A model generated the notes under the pieces. It had not been told where the DNA came from, did not search any database, and saw only the letters and a program-made list of their open reading frames with translations. 64,000 bases of DNA, taken from Chiloscyllium plagiosum (lineage: Eukaryota). A program made the translations under genes and the position numbers. Of the stretch, positions 1-13,449 are shown piece by piece. The DNA lies in assembly GCF_004010195.1 (NCBI RefSeq), contig NC_057719.1, positions 28,567,153-28,631,152 on the forward strand, in the 5' to 3' direction. Every line of letters begins with the position of its first letter. Position 1 is the first letter of the stretch.

Positions 1-597
1 GCCTTGGGATGACTACCCGTACCAATCCTGAAGTTCCCAGACTTCACCCTGTTGGTGATGGCATAAAACCTCCACCCACCTAGCAAAGATCCCACCCAAC
101 CCAACCCAACCCAAACCACTCTAAGACAAAAAAGGGATGGCCATTCCACCCAGTCAAATGCTTTCTCTGCATTTAAAGAAAATCACCAACCCCTGAATCA
201 ACCGTTGCTGACATGCTTGGACTATATTCAGCAACCTTCTAATATTATTAGAAGACCTGCAGCCCCTTACAAAACCTGCAAGGTCCTCTTTAACAATATA
301 CAGCAACACCTTTTCCAATCTCAACACCAAGATCTTAGAATCTCAAAATCTGAATTTAAAAAAAAAGAGATGGGCCTGTAAGAGGCACAATCCTCAGGAA
401 CCTTTCCCTTCTTAAGGATTGAGGAAATATTTGCTTCTCTCAAAGATGGTGGTAAGCATTCATGCATATAAAAGAGTGATTGTACATCTCCAACATCGAT
501 CCTAACAGAATCCCTTTAAACGCCTTATAAAAACTCACCCGGGAGACCATCAGGGCCAGGGCCCAAACCCACTCTGAAGTTGCCTAACTGCCTATTG
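1..597 (-). mobile_element. L1/Tx1-clade LINE ORF2 reverse transcriptase fragment, decayed
   Basis: Frameshifted minus-strand translation PGPDGLPGEF...LPPSLREANISSILKKGKVPEDCASYRPIS. Confidence 0.75.
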
Positions 598-605
598 AAT
601 TTACA

Positions 606-1565
606 TGAATGATTTGGATGCGAGCATAAGAGGTACAGTTAGTAAGCTTGCAGATGACACCAAAATTGGAGGTGTAGTGGACAGCGAAGAGGGTTACCTC
701 AGATTACAACAGGATCTTGACCAGATGGGCCAATGGGCTGAGAAGTGGTAGATGGAGTTTAATTCAGATAAATGAGAGGTGCTGCATTTTGGGAAAGCAA
801 ATCCTAGCAGGACTTATACACTTAATGGTAAGGTCCTAGGGAGTATTATTGAACAAAGAGACCTTGGAGTGCAGGTTCATAGCTCCTTCAAAGTGGAGTT
901 GCTGGTAGATAGGATAGTGAAGGCGGTGTTTGGTTTGCTTTCCTTTATTGGTCAGAATATGGAGTACAGGAGTTGGGAGGACTCATTGCAGCTGTATAGG
1001 ACATTGGTTAGGCCACTGTTGGAATATTGCGTGCAATTCTGATCTCCTTCCTATCGGAAAGATGTTGTGAAACTTGAAAGGGTTCAGAAAAGATTTACAA
1101 GGATGTTGCCAGGGTTGGAGGATCTGAGCTACAGGGAGAGGCTGAACAGGCTGGGGCTGTTTTCCCTGGAGTGTCAGAGGCTGAGGGGTGACCTTATAGA
1201 GGTTTACAAAATTATGAGGGGCATGGATAGGATAAATAGACAGTCTTTTCCCTGGGGTCGAGGAGTCCAGAACCAGAGGGCATAGGTTTAGAGTGAAAGC
1301 AGAAAAGATATAAAAGAGACCTAAGGGGCAACGTTTTCACACAGAGGGTGGTACGTGTATGGAATGAACTGCCAGAGGATGTGGAGGAGGCTGGTACAAT
1401 TGCAACATTTGAGAGGCATTTCGATGGGGATATGAGTGGGAAGGGTCTGGAGGGATATGGGCCAGGCGCTGGCAGGTGGGACCAGATTGGGTTGAGATAT
1501 CTGGTTGGCACAGACAGGTTGGACCGAAAGGTCTATTTCCATGCTGTACATCTCTATGACTCTAT
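606..1565 (+). mobile_element. CR1 (HER1-like) LINE, 5'-truncated
   Basis: RT C-terminal ADDTKIGG, LVRPLLEYCVQF, LERVQKRFTRM; CTCTATGA tail repeat. Confidence 0.9.
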
Positions 1566-1828
1566 GGGTCTACTTGGAACAGCATCAAGTTGGGATGATT
1601 TGTCAGGTTTTTGGATAGGTTACATTATCCTATATTCTGTTCTCTTGTGTGTGTGTTTTGGTCACTAAATGTAATAAATAAGTTGTTTTGTTTAAAACTA
1701 GTTTGTTTAACCAACTGCATCTCAGTTGGAATATCTGCATTACACCTGCTTAAAAAAAAAACTGGCAAAGGTAGGGTCTAGGCTACTTTCTTGAAATGTT
1801 TTGAGGGGATCTGGCCTGGTCCATAAGA
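1566..1828 (+). mobile_element. 3' part of an LTR, same family as 34116-34773
   Basis: Shares TTGGAACAGCATCAA, CTATATTCTGTTCTCTT, TTACACCTGCTTAAAA and GGCTACTTTCTTGAAA.GTTTTGAGG with the solo LTR. Confidence 0.65.
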
Positions 1829-2762
1829 CCATGAATTAAAGGGAATTTGTTTTTTAAATTCACATCAATTTGAAGCCTGTGTGTTCTGTTCACGATGCCT
1901 AGGCTTGTACTGCTGGCAAACCTAGATTAAGGGACAGAAAGTAATGTGTTAAGATCATTAATGTTGAAAATAGTTGAGACTTCAAGATAGATACTTGCAA
2001 CACTCCACTGGTCACAATTTACCAAACTGAAGATAAAAAGCTATGTTTCCACTTTCACATTTGCTAGTATAAACAAGGTACAAACTGGAGTATCATCCTT
2101 ATTGCTATCCTGCACTATTGCCTTGCCCATTCTAAAAAATTTCCAAATCTACCCTCCTACTTGCAGGCCATACTATTTAAAACTCTTTACAGCCCATTAT
2201 AAAGGCTCAGTAGGTCAAATCCAAATACCCATTAATTGAAACCATTTTCTCCCTCCCATGCACTCAACTCATTTATCCTGTGTTAATTTGCTTGTTACTC
2301 GAGATAGTATCCAGATACTGGATCGGTGGTTCTGCTTTTTAAAAACTTTACTCCCTCATATTTCCCACAAGCAGTTTAACTATTTATCGGTACTCACATG
2401 CTCCATAACAATGTGTTCCTTCCTCTCAGGCCTCAGACTCCATTCTATGATAAAGCTGGTGTTTATGTATGGTATCAAGCTGGCAATATAGTCTTTGCAG
2501 CTCAGGTGCTCAGCTGTAGAAAACCATATCTATCCCTTTAATTATACCATCTTATACAAACTGTATTGTGTTTTTACTCTATGCCCAGCTGAATGGTTCC
2601 TTGCACCCATTTTGCTCACTCACTTGTCCCTGGTCACATTAAAGAGGTTCCTCCATTGCTACCTTTTGTATCCTCACTTTCTTCACTGACCCACTTGCTC
2701 CTGACCACAACAAAATGAGAAGTACCTAAACCAATGGGAAAGACCCAAGGCTAACACTGCTA

Positions 2763-3084
2763 GGATGGTATGGTGGCTCAGTGGTTAGCACTGCTGCCTC
2801 ACAGCACCAGGGACTCTGGTTTGATTCCAGCCTCAGGCAACTGTGTGGAGTTTGCACATTCCAGTGTCTGTGCAAGTTTCCTCTAGGTGCTCCAGTTTCC
2901 TCCCACAGTTCCAAAAAAAAAAAGTGCTATTGACTGCATTGGCCATGCTAAATTGTCCATAGTGTCCAGGAATATGCAGGCTAGGTAGATTATTCACGAG
3001 AAATGCAGGGATGGGGCAGAGGAGTAGTGTCAGTGTAGACTCAATGGGCCGAATGGCCTGCTTTCAGACTGTAGGGATTCTATG
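2763..3084 (+). mobile_element. HE1-type tRNA-derived SINE
   Basis: A box TGGCTCAGTGG, B-box-like GGTTTGATTCC, CR1-like 3' tail. Confidence 0.85.
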
Positions 3085-3474
3085 TTTTATGACTGCCACT
3101 TACAAAGTATAGAGATGCACGTTCAAGTATTAGCTGTTCCAGCGATGCGCAACATGTTGATTAGAATATATTAGTTACTTAACCACCCACACTACAACAC
3201 ATCTTTGTGCATTACCATCTGGATTTCAAATTTATAATTACAGATACATGAAGTGGTATTTCTAATCAAATTGTTTTAGTAGATAAGTTATATTGCAATA
3301 TTTCCAACTTCAGAGAACCAATTTAAACTACTGACCCCAATTACAAGGATAGAATTGTTGAAGAAACTTCTCATCTCATGAGTTTGAAAGTATAATTGAA
3401 AGGCTAGAGAGATCAGGAAGGGCCAAATTTGAAATGAAGTGTGACAGTTTCTAAGTAAAGTAAAACAAAATGGG

Positions 3475-4674
3475 AAATCGTGCCTCAAACTAGATTGAGT
3501 TTTTTGTAGTAGTAATAGGGAGGATTGATGAGGGCAGAGTGGTGGATGTGATCTATATGGACTTCAGTAAGGCGTTCGACAAGGAGACTGGTTAGCAAGG
3601 TTAGATCTCATGGAATACAAGGAGATATAGCCATTTGGATACAGAACTGGCTCAAAAAAAGGTGGTGGTGGACGGTTGTTTTTCAGACTGGAAGCCTGTG
3701 ACCAGCTGAGTGCCACAAGGATTGGTGCTGGGTCCACTACTTTTAATCATTTATATAAATGATTTGGATACAAGCATAAGAGGCATAATTAGTAAGTTTG
3801 CAGATGACACCAAAATTGGAGGTGCAGTGGAGAGTGAAGAAGGTTACCTCAGATTACAACAGGATCTTGATCAGATGGGCTGAGAAGTGGTAGATGGAGT
3901 TTAATTCAGATAAATATGAGGTGCTGCATTTTGGGAAAGCAAATCTTAGCAGGATTTATATACTTAAATGGTAATGTCCTAGGGAGTGTTGCTAAACAAA
4001 GAGACCATGGAGTGCAGGTTCATAGCTCCTTGAAAGTGAGGTCGCAGGTAGATAGGATACTGAAGGCGGCGTTTGGTATGCTTTCCTTTATTGGTCAGAG
4101 TATGGAGTACAGGAGTTGGGAGGTCATGTTGCGGCTGTACAGGACATTGGTTAGGCCACTGTTGGAATATTGTGTGCAATTCTGGTCTCCTTCCTATCAG
4201 AAAGATGATGTTGTGAAACTTGAAAGGGGTTCAGAAAAGATTTACAAGGATGTTGCCATGGTTGGAGGATCTGAGCTATAGGGAGAGGTTGAATAGGCTA
4301 GGGCTGAGGGATGACCTTATAGAGGTGTATAAAATCATGAGGGACATGGATAGGATAAGTAGACAAAGTCTTTTCCCTGGGGTGGGGAGTCCAGAACTGG
4401 AGGGCATAGGTTTAGGGCAAAGGGGGAAAAATATAAAAGAGACCTAAGGTGTAACTATTTCACGCAGAGGGTGGTCCGTGGATGGAATGAGCTACCAGAT
4501 GAATTGGTGGAGGCTGGTACAATTGCAACATTTAAAATAGGCATCTGGATGGATATGAAAAGGATATGGGCTAGGTGCTGGCACGTAGGACTAGATTGGG
4601 TTGGGATATCTGGGAGGCATGGACAAGTTGGACCAAAGGGTCTGTTTCCGTGCTGCACATCTGAATCTGACTCT
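3475..4674 (+). mobile_element. CR1 LINE 3' part (RT), decayed
   Basis: MDFSKAFDK, FADDTKIGG and EYCVQFWSP motifs with stops and frameshifts. Confidence 0.9.
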
Positions 4675-5789
4675 AAAGACAATGTTGATTACGCTAGTTC
4701 AATGTTAAACAAATAGTTGATGAGCTAACAAGCTTTGGTGCAAGTCATGGTCACTCAGTCCTCAAGTTTACAAAGAATACAAATACATAGATGAGGGGTT
4801 TAGCAGGAGACAAAAATGCAGTTGGGCAGCTATGTTTAATGCCTAGTGGAATGGAATGGTGAACTCTAAATTGAAGAGGAAAGATCTCTGCCTAGGGAAC
4901 TGCAATCGTTTCAGCCCATGAATGTATTTGTGGAATTTCTCGAGTCACATCACAGGCTCAACATCTACGTTCTGGGTGCCACCATTGACTTAAGCCTAAG
5001 TTCTAGCCACAAGAATTTTCAGAAATCGATATTCTGCAGCAAGTGACTCACCTCAACTCCTGTGTCTCCAACATCAATGAGGTAAAAACCAGGAATGCAA
5101 TGGAACGTACTCTGCTTGCCTGGATAAATACTGTTCTGAATGGTGTTGAACCTCAAGTTTTTGGAATAAAGCAGCCTGCTTGATGGACATGATCATCTTA
5201 CCTTACAAATTCAGCCAATGTGTACCAATTACATAATGCATGACAAAAGTTTTTCAACAGTGCAGACAAGGGAATGCTCTCACTTTCAGGCTCCCCTCAA
5301 AGTCCAACTCAATTTGGAAAATCAATCACTGTTCCTTCATTGTTGGGTCTAAATCCTTCTCTAATAGCACTGTAGGAATACATTCATAAGCAGTTCATCT
5401 TGACAAATGGAAAATGGTAAACAAATGCAGGATCTCGCAGTTAGTGAATAAAATTACACTTTCGAAGTAAACAATTTAGTTGCAGGACCAAAAGGAACAC
5501 TACAGCTCCCAGAAATCAACACTATTGTAGTACTAGAAATTGAGATGCCATTCTTCTAAAAGGTTTTGAAAATAGTCAGCATTGTATAACCTGAAATTAC
5601 TCAGTGACCGTTAAGTTACAGTTCAACTAAACTTGAGTTTTTAGCATAACTGAGTGGATAGCAACTTGTACAATAAAAATGTAGCACAACTTTTGTTCTC
5701 ACCCCAGTCAAGATAAAATTTACTTTAACTGTATATTTAATCCAGTTCCCCTGAATAATCTACACATTAAGATCGGTGTAGATACTTAC

Positions 5790-5868
5790 CCATTATAGCT
5801 GTTGTGTAGGAAACCAGCAATTGCAGCAGGTAGTTCAGACTTTATGACAAACAGATAAGATGACATAG
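5790..5868 (-). CDS. SLC38A6: SLC38A6 exon 6, (A)MSSYLFVIKSELPAAIAGFLHNSYNG; gene continues beyond the left edge
   Basis: 79 nt, CAG/GTAAGT boundaries, AMSSYLF.IK.ELP motif, frame continuous. Confidence 0.92.
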
Positions 5869-7019
5869 CTGATGGAAGAAACGCAACATTTCAGAATGTA
5901 ATTTGTTTCAAAACAACTAAGAGCTCTATTAAGCTATGCTGCTGACTCAACAAGTAAGCAGGCTGCTTAAAACAATGCTGACCAATCAAGTTCCAAGATT
6001 ATTACCACTTCTTCATTCCTTTTAGTTCCCAATGAATTGTAAAAGTACAATTATTATAGTTGTAATTTTTTTTAAAATCACAGCTTCAACTTTAAAGTTA
6101 AAATGGTCAAATGCTAAAATTATAATGACTCAGCTGTAAATTCTAAAGTAATCTTCAAGCTATTGTGTCAATTAAATTGGTTTCACTTAGGAAGAGCTCC
6201 CCCCACCGAAGAAACAAACTGAGAATCCATTTCAGGTCAACATTTCAATCTCAGGTCAAGAATCAAAGCTATTAGCATCACTTTTTACAAAAACCCAGAA
6301 ATTACCTAACTAAAAAAAAAGTGTATAAACTTTAGTAAAATATGAATTGGAAGGCCAAAGTCCAATCTGTTAGGATTAAATCTCACCATTTCATAAAACA
6401 CTTTCTGCCTGAAAAAGATTTAGGCTCCATTCTTATTTATCAAGGGTCCTATACAAAAAGCATTCCATCCTTCGACTACACAAATCAATGTGACAATATT
6501 TTGTAAAAAGTGTTTTAGATGAAGAGCAATTGACATAATTAATACATCATGGTATATGGTGTTTTGTCATGACGGACGGACGGACAGACAGACATTGAAG
6601 AAGTTGATTAGACCCATTGAGAGTTTGGTAGGGTTCTAACTTAAGGAAATTTAGACTTCTGCAAGTTATAAAAGAACACATTAAAGATGTTTCTGGATAT
6701 CAGGATTCTATAGAGGAAAGGTGTACAAGCTGGGACAATTCTTTGACAAAAGATCAGATCATAAGAAAAAGCTTTAGATTTTGAAAGAGACAACATTAAA
6801 AAATTTCAAATCACAAAAAGTTTAAATACCAGAAGAGTCAAGCTGAAACAGGGATGTCAGACTTCTATGTCAACCATGGTTAACTGATAGCCTAATTTTA
6901 AATGACAGGGTTGTGGGTTGATGTCGAGTAATGCACTCTAGAGACTGGAGCACAAGATTAAGTAGCCACTTCACTGCAGCAATGAAATGCTGAGCTCTTG
7001 GAGGTTTTTTTTTTGCAGT

Positions 7020-8092
7020 AAGGGAGAACTAGCCATTTGGACACAGAACTGGCTCGATGGTAGAAAACAGGAGATGGTGGGAGGAGGGTTGTTTTTCAAG
7101 TTGGAGGCCTGTGGCACACCACTGGTCACAAGGATCAATGATCAGTGCTGGGTGCTCTGCTTTTAATCATTTAGAGAAGTGATTTGGATGTGAACATAGG
7201 GAGCGCAGTTAGTAAGTTCGCAGGTGACACCAAATTGGAGGGGTTGTGGATGGTGAGACACGTTACTTCAGAGTACACCAAGATCTTCATCAAATGGGCC
7301 AATGGGCCAAGGAGGAGCAGATACAGTTCAATTTAAATAAACGAAGGGCTGCATTTTGGAAACACTAATCAACGAAGGACTCAGACTTAATGGTAAGGTC
7401 TTGGGGAGTGTTACTGAATAAAGATACCTTGGAGTGCAGGTTCATAATTCCTAGAAAGTGGAGTTGCAAGTAGATAGGTTGGTGAAGGCGGTTTTTGGTA
7501 CGCTTGCCTTTATTGGTCAGAGTAAAAAGAGTATAGGAGTTGGGAGGTCATGTTGTGGCTGTGCAGGACATCAGTTAGTTCACTTTTGGACTAGTAGGTG
7601 CAATTCTAGTTTCCCCTGCTATTGGAAGGATATTGTGAAATTTGACAGGGTTCAGAAAAGATTTACAAAAAGATGCTGCCTGGATTGAAGGGTTTGGAGG
7701 GAGAGGCTGGATAGGCTGGGACTGTTTTCCCTGAAGCAGAAGCTGAGGGGTAACCTTACAGAGGGTTATAAAAATCATGAGGGGCATGTTTGGGTAAATA
7801 GACAAGGTCTTTTCCCTGGGTTGGGGTTATCCAGAACTAGAGAGAAGAAAAAAAAAAATAATAATAAAAAAAAGGGACTTGAGGGACAACTTTTTCAGGC
7901 AGAGGGTGGTGAGTGTATGGAATGAACTGCCAAAGAAAGTGGTGGAGGCTGAAACAATTACAACATTTAAAGAGACACAGAGACACAGATATGGACCAAG
8001 TACTGGCCAATGGGACTAGATTAAATTTAGAATATCTGGTCGGCATGCTGGAGTTGGACCATTGGGTCTGTTCTGGGCTATACATCCCTGAC
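7020..8092 (+). mobile_element. CR1 LINE 3' part, older copy
   Basis: Diverged homolog of the other CR1 copies in the window. Confidence 0.85.
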
Positions 8093-9249
8093 TGTTGAGG
8101 TATTAAACAGTTTGTCTGCCCTTGGGTGGGCAAAAAAGAAATCGTAGCATATTGCCAAGAACAAAGTTCTCTTGGCATCCAGGCTAGTTTTTAAATCTCA
8201 TGTACACCCCCAAAACAAGATTGATCATTTTTATATTTAAGATCTTGCTCTACATACGTTGGCTGAGTATTTCCTGCACATGCTGATGACACTTCAAAAG
8301 TGCTTAATGGATTGAAAAGCACTTGGAAATGTTCTGTACAGTTCTTCAGCAATTTCTCCACAAAGTAGGACATTACAGAATAAAATAAGAAAACGAAATA
8401 GCATTTATTTAGACCCTTCCATAAAAAAAAAGAGCCAGTTGTAACTGAACTAATTTTAGCAAAAGATCTATTACAACAAAGTTGAAGTTGCATGAAAATC
8501 AGTCTCCTAGAGCAATGTGGGCAGAATTAGCTTCTGAAACAAGATTTTTAAATATTACAACAGAGATGGCAAAATTTAAATTCTGGTTCATACATTCCTA
8601 ATTAAGTTTATCCAAATTTGTTGGACATGCGAAATGATTTACTTCAACTACTAGTGACACAGAACATTAGTTTTAATAAAAAAAAGCTTACATTCAGAAG
8701 GGAATGCATTGAATTTTAAGTAAATGGTTATTCACCCCATTAGTGGAGCATGGAATTCATTGCTGAAGATGAGCAGCATGGGAATTTTGTTAAAAACTTC
8801 CAGCATGTGGTTGAGATAGCAATCATTTTGCATGGGATTAATTGCCATCATCGAAAAACAAATGCAAAATGGATAAGAAATGTTGTATTTTAAACCAAGT
8901 GTATCTCCCCATATGTAGAGTGTATAAGCCATTTATTGGAGCCAAAACACACTTTCAGTGGACAAATCATTTGCCTACCGTTAAAACTCCTGCCGTTATT
9001 TTTTTTTGGAGGGGGGGGGGGTGCAAAAAGAGTGGTGAACATATCTATGCCATATTTCTCCAGAAAGTGATTTTTTTTCCTTCCTCTATTTTTGTCCCAC
9101 CATCACATGCTCCATTTCTTCATCAGGGACATCGCAACAAGTAAAAATAGCATTTGTATCAATATGTGCAGGCATATACATTAGGATTCTAATGACAACA
9201 CTATGACTGTAGGGTGTGCAAGGTTCTCTAAATACTTTGATTGTCACTT

Positions 9250-10695
9250 AGAGTCAGTCATACAGCACGGAATTAGACCTTCAGTTCAACCTGTCCATAT
9301 CAACCAAGTTTCCCAAACTAAAGTACTTTCATTTGCCTGCCTTTGGCCCATATCGCTAAACCTTTCCAATTCACGTACCTGTGCAAATGTCTTTTCAGAC
9401 GTTGTAATTGTACCTGCATCCACTACTTCCTCTATAGTTTATTCCAGATATAAACCACTGAAAAAGTTGCCCTCAGGTCTTATTTAAAATCTTTGCCCTC
9501 TCACCTTAAAATTATGCCCCCCTAGTTTGGAACACCTCCAACCAGGGAAAAGACCTTTGCTAATCACCTTATCTAATGTCCATTAATGATTTTATAAACC
9601 TCTAAAGATCACACCTCAGTCTCCTACACTCCAGAGAAAAAAGTCCCAGCCCCTCAGAGCTCAAACCCTCCAGTGTAACATTCCTGTAATTCTTTTCTTA
9701 ACACTCCAATTTAACAATATCTTTCCTATACCAGGGCGACCAAACTGTATGTAATACTCAATGGCCTCACCAATACCCTTTACAACGATAACATGACATC
9801 CCAACTACTATACTCAAAATGGTCTGAGCAATAAAGGCAAGTGAACCAAACACCATCTTTACTATCCCACCTGTGATGCCACTTTCAATGAACTATATAC
9901 TCGAGCAGTGGACTCTACTCGACAACTCTCGATAACATTCACTGTGCAAGTCCTGCTCTTGTTCATCTTGCATTGTCTTACATTAATCCAAATTAAACTT
10001 CATCTACCATCCCTCTCTCCATTGACCCAATTGATTAAGATCCCTTTATAATCTTAGATAACCTTCCTTACTGTCTACTATACTGCCAATTTTGGTGTCA
10101 CCCACAAATTTACTAACCATGCTTGCTATGTTCTCACCCAAATTATTTGTAAATGGAAGTGTGCACAGCACCAAGCCTAGTGGAACACCGTTGGTCATAG
10201 GTCTCCAGTCTGAAAGAAAAACACTACCGCTCTCCTCTCCTAGTCGAGCAAACTTTGTATCCAATTGGCTAGCTCACCTTGCATCTCATGTGATCAAACT
10301 TTATTAACCAATCAAGTGGAGCTTGTCAAAGAACATAATCTCCACACAGACAATTTCTAGTGCTCTGTCTTCATCTATCTTCTTGGTCACTTCAAAAAAA
10401 CTCAAGTTGGTAAGACAACAACATTTTCCCACGGCCAAAGCCATGCTGATTATCCCAGAAATCCTTGTCTCTCCGAATCCCCAATAACTTATCCACCATG
10501 GACATTAGGTTCTCAGTAGTTCCTCTGCTTCTCCTTGCAGCCTTTCTTCAATAAAAAGGCTCAACACTAGCCACCCTCCAGTCTTCTGGTACCGCACCCA
10601 TGACAGTTGATGATACCAACATAGCTGCTAGGAGTCCCGCAATTTCTTCCTAGCTTCCCACAATGTCTAGGATACACTATCAGGTCCCAGAGATT
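9250..10695 (-). mobile_element. CR1 LINE fragment, older copy
   Basis: Minus-strand SDWRPMTNGVP..SKFVGDTKIG; 3' end near 9250. Confidence 0.8.
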
Positions 10696-10699
10696 TATA

Positions 10700-12290
10700 A
10701 GAGTCAGATGTACAGCATGGAAACAGACCCTTCGGTCCAACCAATCCATGCCGACCAGATATCCCAACCCAATCTAGTCCCACCCACCAGCACCCGGCCC
10801 ATATCCCCCCCAAACCCTTCCCATTCATGTACCCATCCAAATGCCTCTTAAATATGTTGCAATTGTACCAGCCTCCACTACTTCCTCTGGCAGCTCATTC
10901 CATGCATGTACCACCCTCTGCGTGAAAACGTTGCCCCTTAGGTCTCATATCTTTCCCCTCTCATCCTAAACCTATGTCCTCTAGGTCTGGACTCTGACCC
11001 CAGGGAAAAGACTGTCTATTTATCCTATCCATGCTCCTCAATTTTGGTAAACCGCTATAAGGTCACTCCTCAACCTTTGATGCTCCAGGGAAAATAGCCC
11101 CAGCCTGGTCAGCCTCTCCCTATAGCTCAAATCCTCCAACCCTGGCAACATCCTTGTAAATCTTTTCTGAACCCTTTCAAGTTTCACAATATCGTTCCGA
11201 TAGGAAGGAGACCAGAATTGCACACAATATTCCAACAGTGGCCTAACCAATGTCCTATACAGCCTCAATGAGTCCTCCCAACTCCTGTACTCAATACTCT
11301 GACCAATAAAGGAAAGCATATCAAACGCTTTCTTCACTATCCTTCCTACCTGCGATTCCACTTTCAAAGGAGCTATGAACCTGCACTCCTGGGTCTCTTT
11401 GTTCAGGAATACTCCCTAGGACCTTACCATTCAGACTACAAGTCCTGCTAAGATTGGATTTCCCAAAATGCAGCACCTCACATTTATCTGAATTAGATTC
11501 CATCTGCCACTTCTCAGCCCATTGGCCCATCTGGTCCAGATCCTGTTGTAATCTGAGGTAACCCTCTTCACTGTCTACTACACCTCCAATTTTGGTGTCA
11601 TCTGTAAACTTACTAACTGTACCTCTTATGCTCGCATCCAAATCATTTATGTAAATGACAAAAAGACAACAACCCAGCACCAATCTTTGTGGCACTCCAA
11701 TGGTCACAGGCATCCAGTCTGAAAAGCAACCCTCCAACACCACCCTCTGTCTCCTACCTTTGAGCCAGTTCTGTATCCAAATGGCTAGTTCTCCTAGCAT
11801 TCTGAGAGATCTAACCTTGCTAACCAATCTCCCATGGGGAACCTTGTCAAACACAGTACTGAAGTCCATATAGATCACATCTATGGCTCTACCCTCAATC
11901 CTCTTTCTTACTTCTTCAAAAAGCTCAATCAAGTCTGTAAGACATGATTTCACAAGCACAAAGCCACATTGACAATCCCTAATCAGTCCTTGCCTTTCCA
12001 AATTAATGTACATCCTGTCCCTCAGGATTCCATCCAACAACTTGCCCACCACCGACATCAGGCTCACTGGTCTATAGTTCCCTGGCTGGTCCTCACCACC
12101 TTTCCTAAACAGTGGCACAACGTTAGCCAACCTCCAGTCTTCTGGCACCTCACCTCTGACTATCGATAATACAACTATCTCAGCAAGAGGCCCACAATCA
12201 CTTCTTTAGCTTCCCACAAAGGTCTAGGGTACACCCGATCAGATCCTGGGGATTTATCCACCTTTACCCATTTCAAGACATTTACCTACC
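10700..12290 (-). mobile_element. CR1 LINE, RT domain to 3' end
   Basis: 275-aa ORF 11321-12148 with PEDWRLANVVPLF, NYRPVSL, DFS.VFDKVPH, KFTDDTK. Confidence 0.92.
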
Positions 12291-12971
12291 TTTACATCTT
12301 TTAAGGCCTCCATCACCACCTTTTTAGTAAACTGGACTGTTTAAGACAATGTTTATTTCGACTTCCCTAGCTTTCATGTCTTTCTCCATTATAAATACTG
12401 AAGGGAAATATTAATTTAGTATCTTTCCTTATTCCTGTGGTTCCACATATCTCCTTTATAAAGGAGCTGCATTGTAATCTTGCTTTAAGTATCAACCTTC
12501 GGGATTAAAGGCCTTGTCCAGTTTGTTCTCAGTTCTCCCCCCTGATAGCCTTACGAGCAAGGGTCGAGAGTTCATATTTCATAATGTCATCTAGATTCTT
12601 TGCATTCTGAGGACTCTGTTCTTCCAGAATAACTAATTTAGCAACAGACTTAGTAATTCATAGTCAAATTGTCTTTTACAATCCACTTGATTCCTTAAAA
12701 TGAAGGGATATTCATTTGAACACTACGGCAACAAAGAAGAAATAAAAGAACAAAGTTGGAAAAGAATTCATTCAAAACAAGCCTCATCACAACTCTAGGG
12801 ATGAAGCATTTTAATTTCTAAGCCAACAACTCATTTTAAACTTGTGAAAACGTGCAGGTTGTGACACTCCTGTATTTTAAAAAAGGTTAATTCCTCAAAA
12901 TATTTCAACTGAGAATCTGGAAGTAAATTCAACATTCTTTGGTCAAGTTATTTCTTGGTAGGTTTGCTTAC

Positions 12972-13011
12972 CTCCAATGTTTTGGATCAGTATTGCACCA
13001 GCAACCATAAC
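12972..13011 (-). CDS. SLC38A6: SLC38A6 exon 5, VMVAGAILIQNIG
   Basis: 40 nt, CAG/GTAAGC boundaries, QNIG motif, frame continuous. Confidence 0.9.
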
Positions 13012-13449
13012 CTGTGGGAAAACCGACAAGCCTCAGTTACTTCAGACATCACAGAAAACCTAACTAAGAAAAACAGAAATTGTTAGAAATACTCAGGTCA
13101 GGTAGCATTTGTAGAGAAGGGAAAAGACCCAGACAACGCAAAAAAAATCTAGATGTCATGCCTTACTCAGAAGGGCACAAAATGGCAGTGCAGGGTGAGG
13201 TAGGAAAGGTGTTGAGAGCAAAATCTCACCATGCCTAGTGTTGCTGTATCCATGGGTTAACTCTTCATCTCCATAAATGACATCTGATTCACCAAGCTCT
13301 TCTTTACATTGTGCTTTATTTCAGATTTCCAATATCCGCAATAGCTCACTTTTACTGTCTTATTTTAAAGCCAATAAAGTTTTATCTATGTACAGTAACA
13401 TCTCAACACTAAATAAGACTAATGACAAGATGCTGGCTGATAATGTGCT

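Noticed and set aside
2763..2840. tRNA genes at SINE heads
   Set aside because: The A and B boxes belong to HE1-type SINEs; no complete cloverleaf was found
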